From Archangiaceae bacterium (lineage in GTDB: Bacteria > Myxococcota > Myxococcia > Myxococcales > Myxococcaceae), in NCBI GenBank assembly GCA_043750125.1, contig JAYVCD010000395.1, forward strand, positions 1 to 17,240: 17,240 nt of DNA, written 5' to 3'. Positions 8,925 to 15,709 of this stretch are shown here, piece after piece; within the stretch, counting starts at the first letter, position 1, and every line of letters starts with the position of its first letter. The notes below the pieces were generated by a model that saw nothing but the letters and a program-made list of their open reading frames with translations, made no database searches and was not told where the DNA came from. Position numbers and translations under genes: made by a program.

Positions 8925-10918
8925 AGCAGCTTTCTGTAGTGCTGGCGGCGGCGATGGCTGTCGGCTGCAGCGCGGCGCCGATCGCCGCTCCGGCGACGTT
9001 GTTTGGCGCTCACGACCTGGTGATGGTCGACAAGTTGCTGTTCACGACCTCGACCGATCGCGACGAGCTGCGCGTGCTGGACCTGGTTCTTCCCGCCGGA
9101 AGCACCAACCGGGCGTTCATTCGCGGGCCGAATCCGCTCGAGGCGTTGTCGATTCCCGTGCTCAACCGCCCGTCGGCGCTCTCGCGCGACACCCACTACG
9201 AAGACGTGGCCGATTCCCACGGGAAGAACGTCCCGCTGGGGCGTGAAGTCGGCGGACCCTGGGTCTATGCGATGCGCGCAGGAGGCTCCGAAATTTCGAT
9301 CGTGGGCGGCGGGCCTGCCGTAGACCCGATGCAGTTGGTGGAAGTAAAGCGGGTCCCGACCGCGGCGCCCGTCACCGCCTCGGCCGGTGTCGCGCTTTCG
9401 AAAGAAGCCAGCCGCCTCTATTTCGCCACCTTCGATGGAGAGGCGGCCAGCCTGCAGGCGCTCGATCTTCCTGGAACGGTCACCGCGCTCAAACCCATCA
9501 GCGTCGCCGCGCTGACCAGGTCGGTGCGGGTGTTTGCCCCGTTTCCGGGCGAAGTGATCGTCGACCTGGTCGTCGTTCCCGCCGTCTCGGGCCGGGGAAT
9601 TTGCGAGCTCGCGGGGACCAGCTGCGTCATCTTCGCCACCCGCACGATGCAGGGGCAGGGGGGCCGGGTGGTTTTGTTTGACCCCCAGAGCCTCGCGCTG
9701 CGCGAGCTTCACTTTCCGGGCGCGATTCGTCAGCTCGCCGTCCACGGCGCCACGACTTCCAACAACACCTTTGTCCCTCCCGGACAGCGCGTGTTCGGAA
9801 TCCTGGATGAAGAGCGGTGTGGCGGGGCCGACTGCGCCGGGATTATCGCCGTCGACACCTTTACCGGCGAAGTCGCGCTCGACGCCTCCGGATTGCCGAT
9901 GATCCCCATCTCGACCGGAAATTCGCTGCCCACCGGGTTGGCGGTAGTCGCGCACGGACAGTTGCAGCTGCCCCCCGCGCTCATCGACCCGCTGGCTGCC
10001 CTCAGTACGCCCGCGATCCCGGTTGACGTCCCGGCCGTCGGGGTGATCACCACTTCCACCGGGTCGTTCATCTTCTTCGATGCGATTGGCCTGACCCCCT
10101 TCGACCTCGATACCGAACCGACCTTTGCCTCCGCCAACAACGTCCACCTCTTCCAGCCCAACGGAGTGCTCAGCACCGGAGACGGCGGCTTTCCCGACTC
10201 CGTCCCAGGCCCCGTCCTCGATGGCGGCCCTGGAATCACCTTCGCCAACGGCGCCTTCCATTCGGAAACGATCGACATCGTCGTCAACGGGCTGATTCCG
10301 GGCCTCGAAGATCTACCGGTGGATGTCCCCACCAGCACCGAGTTTGCGGTGCCCGGCGTTTTCGCCAACCGCATTCGGGTGAGCGATATCCTGGTGTTCA
10401 AGACTCCCGCCGGCACCTGCCGGGGAACCGTGGCGGAAGTGACCGGCAACTCGGTGAAGGCCGCCCCGCTGGACGAAGTGGCCTGTCAGGGGCGGTCGCG
10501 CTTCGGGGTTCGGGCTGGGGAATCCAGCCGGTACGTCGTGGTGGGGTCCCTGACCGGATTCATGGGGCGCACCGGTCCGGATCAGACCTTCAACTACCGG
10601 GGCAGCTACTACCAGCGCACCCCTCCGTTTGATCCCAACGTCCCCACCTTCAGCGTGGTGTTGGGTCCCGAGCAGCCGCGGCTGGACGAAAACTGGCGCT
10701 GGAGCATCGACGTCCAAAGCGCTGATCTTCCTCTTATCTTGCGCATCGATTCGCAGACCGTGGGGTGCTCGACCAACGTCGCGGGCTCCGTGGTGTGGGA
10801 TACCGACCGCCAGGCCATCTTCAGTGTCTTGCCGGCGGCCAACGCGATCCTCGAAGTGAACCCCCAGCTGGCCCGGAATGGGCTGTTGAGAGATGCGACC
10901 GGTCAATGCCGGCGCTGA
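8921..10918 (+). CDS. Large lipoprotein (665 aa), probably a beta-propeller with inserted domains
   Basis: Start moved from 8870 to the GTG at 8921, which overlaps the upstream stop (GTGA) and has an SD (GGAGG, 8910-8914). The signal peptide II is MKQLSVVLAAAMAVGC. Blade-like segments are LLFTTSTDRDELRVLDL, RLYFAT, GRVVLFDP, GSFIFFDA and AIFSVLPAANAILEVNP. Confidence 0.82.
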   Translation: MKQLSVVLAAAMAVGCSAAPIAAPATLFGAHDLVMVDKLLFTTSTDRDELRVLDLVLPAGSTNRAFIRGPNPLEALSIPVLNRPSALSRDTHYEDVADSHGKNVPLGREVGGPWVYAMRAGGSEISIVGGGPAVDPMQLVEVKRVPTAAPVTASAGVALSKEASRLYFATFDGEAASLQALDLPGTVTALKPISVAALTRSVRVFAPFPGEVIVDLVVVPAVSGRGICELAGTSCVIFATRTMQGQGGRVVLFDPQSLALRELHFPGAIRQLAVHGATTSNNTFVPPGQRVFGILDEERCGGADCAGIIAVDTFTGEVALDASGLPMIPISTGNSLPTGLAVVAHGQLQLPPALIDPLAALSTPAIPVDVPAVGVITTSTGSFIFFDAIGLTPFDLDTEPTFASANNVHLFQPNGVLSTGDGGFPDSVPGPVLDGGPGITFANGAFHSETIDIVVNGLIPGLEDLPVDVPTSTEFAVPGVFANRIRVSDILVFKTPAGTCRGTVAEVTGNSVKAAPLDEVACQGRSRFGVRAGESSRYVVVGSLTGFMGRTGPDQTFNYRGSYYQRTPPFDPNVPTFSVVLGPEQPRLDENWRWSIDVQSADLPLILRIDSQTVGCSTNVAGSVVWDTDRQAIFSVLPAANAILEVNPQLARNGLLRDATGQCRR

Positions 10919-10946
10919 ACTCCTCGTTTGTTGCTAAGTAGCCTCA

Positions 10947-10975
10947 TAGACCCGGAAAAAAGGGGCTGATATCTT
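10947..10975 (+). promoter_or_regulatory. Putative sigma70/SigA promoter upstream of the FHA gene
   Basis: TAGACC (10947-10952), a 17 nt spacer and TATCTT (10970-10975), with an extended -10 TG at 10967-10968. It sits in a 92 nt intergenic gap that is AT-rich for this window. Confidence 0.55.
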
Positions 10976-11010
10976 GCGGAGCTTCTCGTTCCGCTCTTGA
11001 CTCAAAAACA

Positions 11011-11799
11011 ATGATGGACCCGAGCAGCCGCCCTCCGCGCAAGGTCGCGATCGCCGATCACATTTGGGAAGCCTTTGAAGAAATGGCTTCACAGATGGGA
11101 TCCGAGCGGGACGCACTGATCAACCAGGCGATGTTCATGTTCGCGCGCTTGAACGGGTTCATCGAGTCCGACAAGAGCGCTCCAGGCCCCAGCAGCCCGT
11201 CGGGCAAAGGCAATGGTCACCCGGCTCCGGGGCGCCCCAATGCGCCGGGTCCTGGGGGACGTGCCGGGGCTCCTCCGATGTTGGCTCAGGTCCGCGAGCC
11301 GCCTCGCCGCCCCGACCCGCCCTCGCAGAAGCTCGATGACGATCCGGTGCGGCGCGAAGTCGCCGAACGGGTGCTCGAGACCGCCGCCGAGCTCGAACGG
11401 CTGATCAAGGGAAAGAACAGCCAGAGCCAGAACCTCGAAGACTCGGTGTCCGAAGGCCCCTCAGACGAAGAGATGGGCGGAGTCGATGTCGATGAGCCGT
11501 CGGCCGACTCTTCCGGCGGCCCGGCGCTCTACCTGATGGCAGAAGGCGGCGAGCTCGATCGCATCGCCAAAGATCGGTTCGTGATCGGCCGCGGGAAGCA
11601 CTGCGACTTCGTCATCAACTCAGGAAAGGTTTCGCGCGAGCACGCGGTGATCCTCCGGGACGGCAACGAGTTCTTCATCGAAGACCTCGGAAGCAGCAAC
11701 GGCACCTGGTTCAACAAGCAGCGAATCAAGCGCCGAAAAGTCGAAGACGGCGACGAGTACTTCATCTGCAGCGAGAAGGTGAAGCTGGTCTTCCGTTAG
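11011..11799 (+). CDS. FHA domain protein with putative N-terminal ribbon-helix-helix domain
   Basis: The C-terminal FHA (FVIGRGKHCD...VSREHA...DLGSSNGTW) retains the GR, SxxH and NGT motifs. The N-terminus RKVAIADHIWEAFEEMASQMGSERDALINQAMFMFAR has a strand-helix-turn-helix pattern. Pro/Gly-rich and acidic linkers lie between. The start is 11011 or 11014. Confidence 0.88.
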   Translation: MMDPSSRPPRKVAIADHIWEAFEEMASQMGSERDALINQAMFMFARLNGFIESDKSAPGPSSPSGKGNGHPAPGRPNAPGPGGRAGAPPMLAQVREPPRRPDPPSQKLDDDPVRREVAERVLETAAELERLIKGKNSQSQNLEDSVSEGPSDEEMGGVDVDEPSADSSGGPALYLMAEGGELDRIAKDRFVIGRGKHCDFVINSGKVSREHAVILRDGNEFFIEDLGSSNGTWFNKQRIKRRKVEDGDEYFICSEKVKLVFR

Positions 11800-11814
11800 G
11801 CGCTCTGGTCTAGT

Positions 11815-12354
11815 TTGAGAACGTTGGAGCTCAAACAAACCCTCTGGCTCGTGCTGACGGTCGCTTTGTTGATCTCAGTGGCGACTGACGTGGCGAAGCA
11901 GCGAATTCTCGACTTCGTCACCTACCCCACCATCGCCATCGCGCTCGCTTTGCGGCTGTGGCTTCAGGGGTGGGGCGACCCCGAGGGAGGCCTGGTGTCA
12001 GGGCTGATTGCCGGGTGTGCGGCGGCCGCGTTCTTCGCGGTGCTGGCCTGGCGCGGCGGCGCGTTTGGGTGGGGCGATGTGAAGCTCGTCGCCGCCGTCG
12101 GGGCGGTTTTTGGATACCCGCTGATCATGGGCGCGCTGCTTTTCATTTCACTTGCGGGAGCGTTGCAGGCGATCGTCACGCTCCTCTGGCAAGGCGCGGT
12201 CTGGGATACCGTTAAAGCCGTCGGCTTCAAGTGGGGCCGGCGGCTGAAACTCTCGAAGAGCGATGTAACTGCACCGGCCCGTCACATTCCCTATGGGGTG
12301 GCGATTGCGTTGGGCAGCTTTTGGGCAATGTGGTGGGACAAGTCGAACAACTAG
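11815..12354 (+). CDS. cpaA: A24 family prepilin peptidase, CpaA/TadV type (KilA-like)
   Basis: A hydrophobic multi-TM protein with the first catalytic Asp in ATDVAKQRI, GWGDVKL (GxGD motif) and C-terminal IPYGVAIALG. It is the short form with no N-terminal Cys/zinc domain. The start is uncertain (TTG at 11815 or in-frame TTG at 11824). Confidence 0.92.
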   Translation: MRTLELKQTLWLVLTVALLISVATDVAKQRILDFVTYPTIAIALALRLWLQGWGDPEGGLVSGLIAGCAAAAFFAVLAWRGGAFGWGDVKLVAAVGAVFGYPLIMGALLFISLAGALQAIVTLLWQGAVWDTVKAVGFKWGRRLKLSKSDVTAPARHIPYGVAIALGSFWAMWWDKSNN

Positions 12355-12365
12355 GAGTGAGTCCA

Positions 12366-13808
12366 ATGCGTCTTTCCGGTCTGACGGGCCTGGCCGCGGT
12401 CTTCATGTTGTTGTGTTCCGCCGCGGTGTTTGGGCAGGAAGGCGGCAACATCAGCCTCGGCGTCGGCACCCAGAAAGTCATCACGGTGCCCGGAATTCAA
12501 CGGGTCGCCGTCGGCGATTCTGCGATCGCGGACGTGAAGACCATCGGCAACAACCAGCTGCTGGTCATCGGTGCCAATGAAGGCAAGACCACGCTTCTGA
12601 TCTGGAAGGCCTCAGGTCAACGGATCAGCTACCTGGTCTCCGTTCGCAAGCAGGACCCGAACGAAGTGATCGGCGAAATCAAGAAGCTGCTGGGCGAAAT
12701 CGAAGGGGTCACGGTGCGAATGGTCGGCGACCGGATCTACCTCGACGGTCAGGCCTACACCCAGTCCGACGCCGACCGCATCGACCAGGTGGTGGGGCTG
12801 TACCCGAACGTGAAGAGCTTCGTGAAGATCGCCCCCAACGCGAAGAAGCTCGTCGCCCAGAACCTCAACGCCGCGTTTCAGAAGGCGGGCCTGAAGAACG
12901 TGCAGGCCAACGTCGTGGGCTCGACCATCTTCCTCGAGGGCTCGGTCGAGTCGCAGCAGGACCTGCAGAAAGCCGAGCTCATTACCAAGGCGATCGGAGA
13001 GAAGGTCGAGAACCTGCTGGTGGTCGGGATCAAGCGGATGATCTTGAGCGAAGTGCAGTTCGTCGAAATCCGCCGCGACTCGAAGGACCGCTACGGCATC
13101 CGCTACCCCACGGACATCACGGGCAGCGCCGGCGCCAACTTCAACTTCGCCAAGGACCTCTTCCCCGGAAACTTCGCCGAAGGCAACTCGACCTACCGGG
13201 TCGGCCTCAGCTCGGGCCTGGCGATCGGCTTTCAGAACAACGACGGCTATGGACGAACGCTCGCCCAGCCGAAGCTGGTGTGCGCCAGCGGTGAGAAGGC
13301 CGAGTTCATCTCGGGCGGCGAAGTGCCGATTCCCCTCATCACCAACAACCAGTTCACCGTCGAATACAAACCGTACGGGGTGATATTGAAGCTGCGCCCC
13401 ACCGCCGACCGCAGTGGAAACATTCAGACCGAGGTCGAGGCCGAGGTCAGCGAAATCGACCTCTCGGTGGCCGTCTCGATCGGAGGTTCAGCGACCGTTC
13501 CCGGCTTTCGCAAACGGGCGGTGAAGACCAACGTCACCGTGCGTCACGGCGAGACCATCGTGCTGTCGGGCGTCTTCAGCCATGACGAACAGAAGCAGGT
13601 CAGCAAGCTGCCGGGTCTGGGTCACATTCCGTTGATCGGCGAGCTCTTCAAGAATCGCGCCTTCGATTCGAGCAAGCGCGAGCTGGTGATCTTCGTCACC
13701 CCCCGAATCGTCAACCCCGACTCGGACAAGATTCGCACGATCATCGAAGACGTGAAGAGCCGGTACAAGCAGGCCCGCGGGGAAGTGAACTTCGGCATCT
13801 TCGACTGA
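12366..13808 (+). CDS. cpaC: Tad/Cpa-type outer membrane secretin, CpaC/RcpA (KilC-like), 480 aa
   Basis: Start moved from 12231 to the ATG at 12366, which has an SD (AGGAG, 12353-12357) and a Sec signal peptide. The N domain is RVAVGDSAIADVK...LLVIGANEGKTTLLIW, followed by two BON-like segments. Secretin motifs are LAQPKLVCASGEKAEFISGGEVPIP, GETIVLSG, KLPGLGHIPLIGELFKN and RELVIFVTPRIV. Confidence 0.95.
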   Translation: MRLSGLTGLAAVFMLLCSAAVFGQEGGNISLGVGTQKVITVPGIQRVAVGDSAIADVKTIGNNQLLVIGANEGKTTLLIWKASGQRISYLVSVRKQDPNEVIGEIKKLLGEIEGVTVRMVGDRIYLDGQAYTQSDADRIDQVVGLYPNVKSFVKIAPNAKKLVAQNLNAAFQKAGLKNVQANVVGSTIFLEGSVESQQDLQKAELITKAIGEKVENLLVVGIKRMILSEVQFVEIRRDSKDRYGIRYPTDITGSAGANFNFAKDLFPGNFAEGNSTYRVGLSSGLAIGFQNNDGYGRTLAQPKLVCASGEKAEFISGGEVPIPLITNNQFTVEYKPYGVILKLRPTADRSGNIQTEVEAEVSEIDLSVAVSIGGSATVPGFRKRAVKTNVTVRHGETIVLSGVFSHDEQKQVSKLPGLGHIPLIGELFKNRAFDSSKRELVIFVTPRIVNPDSDKIRTIIEDVKSRYKQARGEVNFGIFD

Positions 13809-13865
13809 GGCATTCGCCGGCCAAGGGCGCCCCAACAGGCAAGATTTCTCTCTTCTTTCAAATGC

Positions 13866-13894
13866 TTGGAGCAGTCGGCGCGCGTTGGTAGGAT
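13866..13894 (+). promoter_or_regulatory. Putative sigma70 promoter for a leaderless ATPase transcript
   Basis: TTGGAG (13866-13871), a 17 nt spacer and TAGGAT (13889-13894), with an extended TG at 13886-13887. Exactly 7 nt (GCCCGCC) separate it from the ATG at 13902. Confidence 0.55.
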
Positions 13895-13901
13895 GCCCGC
13901 C

Positions 13902-15707
13902 ATGTTTTTGATCACCCTCGTAGAGAAGGGCGGTGGCGGCGGACAGTCGCTGACCTTCGAGAAGCCAGAAGTCACCATCGGCCGCCTCGCCGGAAACGAC
14001 ATCGTCCTCGGGAAGGGCAACGTCTCGAAGTACCACTCGCGCTTCGTCCTCAAGGACGGGAAGTACATCGTGGTCGACATGCAGTCGACCAACGGAACGT
14101 TCGTCAACGGGAAGAAGATCGCCGCCCCGCAGGTCGTGAAGCCCGCCGACAAGATCTACATCGGGGACTACATCCTCAACGTCTCCGCCCCTCCCGCCGA
14201 TGATCAACCCGCTGAAGAGGAATACCCCGACGAGGGCGAAGAGGCGCAAGAGGATCAGGGCGAAGAAGAGGGGGGCGAAGAACAGCAGGAAGAGGAATAC
14301 GCCGAGGGCGAGGGGGAAGAAGAAGACGACGAGCCGCAGGAAGAGACGCGGGCTCCTGAGAAACAGCAGCGAATGCCGGCCTCGATGGCCAACGCGCTCT
14401 CGAAACGCAAGAGCAAGGTCGACCCGGCGGTCGAGGCCTATGCCCGACTGCAGAAGGACATTCACGACCGGCTGATCGAGTACCTCGACCTGCGCCGCCT
14501 CGACATGGACCGGCTGGGCGACGAAGAGCTCTGGCGGCGCACCGAGAAAGCGATTCGCGACATCCTCGACCAGATGGATTCCGACGGCGAGTTGCCCGAG
14601 GAAATCGATCGCGAGAGCCTGCTCACCGACGTGCTCAATGAGGCGCTGGGCCTGGGCCCGCTCGAGGCGTTCTTAGCGTCCGATGAGATCTCGGAAATCA
14701 TGGTGAACCACGCCAACCAGATCTACATCGAGCGCCGCGGCAAAATTACCCTCAGCGACAAGATCTTCTCGTCCAACCAGGCCGTGCTGGGAGTGATCGA
14801 GCGCATCGTCGCTCCCATCGGCCGCCGCATCGATGAATCGAGCCCGCTGGTCGATGCCCGCTTGAAGGACGGCAGCCGCGTCAACGCGATCATTCCTCCG
14901 CTGGCCCTCAAGGGCCCCTGCATCACGATCCGGAAGTTCAAGCGCGACGCGCTGCGCATCGAAGATCTGATCAAGTACAAGACGCTCACCGCCCAGATGG
15001 CCGAGTTCCTCGAGATGTGCGTCAAGGCGCACAAGAACATGGTCATCTCGGGAGGAACGGGCTCGGGGAAGACGACCACCCTCAACATCATCAGCTCGTT
15101 CATTCCCGACGATGAACGGATCATCACCGTCGAAGACGCCGCCGAGCTGCAGTTGCCCCAGGAACACTGGATTCAACTCGAGACCCGGCCTCCCAATCTC
15201 GAAGGGAAGGGGGCGATTACCATTCGCGATCTGGTCAAGAACTGCCTGCGCATGCGGCCCGACCGGATCGTCGTTGGAGAATGCCGCGCCGGCGAGACGC
15301 TCGACATGCTCCAGGCGATGAACACCGGCCACGACGGTTCGCTGACCACGCTCCACGCCAACACTCCGCGCGACGCCCTGGCCCGGATGGAAACGATGGT
15401 GCTGATGGCCGGCATGGATCTTCCGGTGAAGGCGATTCGGGAACAGATCGCCAGCGCGGTGCACCTGATCGTCCAACAGACGCGGTTTTCGGACGGCAGC
15501 CGGCGCCTCTCGTACATCACCGAGATCTCGGGAATGGAGGTCGACATCGTCACCCTCCAGGACATTTTCTACTTCAAGCAGGAAGGCTTCACCGAAGACG
15601 GCAAGGTCCGCGGGCGCTACGTCGCGTCCGGGTTCGTGCCCAAGTTCTACGACGAGCTGCAGCGGCGCGGCATCCCGGTGAACATGGGCATCTTCCGCGA
15701 GGAATAA
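13902..15707 (+). CDS. cpaF: CpaF/TadA pilus assembly ATPase with N-terminal FHA domain (KilF-like)
   Basis: FHA domain VTIGRLAGND...VSKYHS...DMQSTNGTFVNG, then an acidic linker. ATPase motifs are GLGPLE, RRIDESSPLVDARLKDGSRVNAIIPPLA, Walker A GGTGSGKTT, TVEDAAEL, Walker B region LRMRPDRIVVGECR and His box NTGHDGSLTTLHAN. I prefer the start at 13902; alternatives are 13893 and 13866. Confidence 0.96.
   Translation: MFLITLVEKGGGGGQSLTFEKPEVTIGRLAGNDIVLGKGNVSKYHSRFVLKDGKYIVVDMQSTNGTFVNGKKIAAPQVVKPADKIYIGDYILNVSAPPADDQPAEEEYPDEGEEAQEDQGEEEGGEEQQEEEYAEGEGEEEDDEPQEETRAPEKQQRMPASMANALSKRKSKVDPAVEAYARLQKDIHDRLIEYLDLRRLDMDRLGDEELWRRTEKAIRDILDQMDSDGELPEEIDRESLLTDVLNEALGLGPLEAFLASDEISEIMVNHANQIYIERRGKITLSDKIFSSNQAVLGVIERIVAPIGRRIDESSPLVDARLKDGSRVNAIIPPLALKGPCITIRKFKRDALRIEDLIKYKTLTAQMAEFLEMCVKAHKNMVISGGTGSGKTTTLNIISSFIPDDERIITVEDAAELQLPQEHWIQLETRPPNLEGKGAITIRDLVKNCLRMRPDRIVVGECRAGETLDMLQAMNTGHDGSLTTLHANTPRDALARMETMVLMAGMDLPVKAIREQIASAVHLIVQQTRFSDGSRRLSYITEISGMEVDIVTLQDIFYFKQEGFTEDGKVRGRYVASGFVPKFYDELQRRGIPVNMGIFREE
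14198..14345 (+). repeat. Low-complexity GAA/GAG/GGC-rich tract encoding a poly-acidic linker
   Basis: Encodes approximately DDQPAEEEYPDEGEEAQEDQGEEEGGEEQQEEEYAEGEGEEEDDEPQEE, with EEEY occurring twice. Confidence 0.75.
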
Positions 15708-15709
15708 AC

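Noticed and set aside
10933-10942. GCTA-AG-TAGC inverted repeat just upstream of the -35 box as an RHH operator
   Set aside because: The arms are only 4 bp and could be chance. I did not see a second copy in the other intergenic regions. It is worth including in an EMSA probe but cannot be called.
13809-13865. Terminator or small RNA between the secretin and ATPase genes (pyrimidine tract TTTCTCTCTTCTTTC)
   Set aside because: There is no convincing stem directly before the tract. It is better explained as the AT-rich upstream part of the putative ATPase promoter.
758-13901. Longest-ORF starts at 758, 5173, 8870, 12231 and 13866
   Set aside because: Downstream starts (875, 5377, 8921, 12366, 13902) give proper signal peptides, SD sites or family N-termini and avoid large overlaps.
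12366-15707. Type II secretion, type IVa pilus or conjugative VirB11 system
   Set aside because: The short A24 peptidase, the CpaC-type secretin N domain and the CpaF-type motifs (GLGPLE, RRIDESSPLVDARL) point to the Tad/Cpa family.
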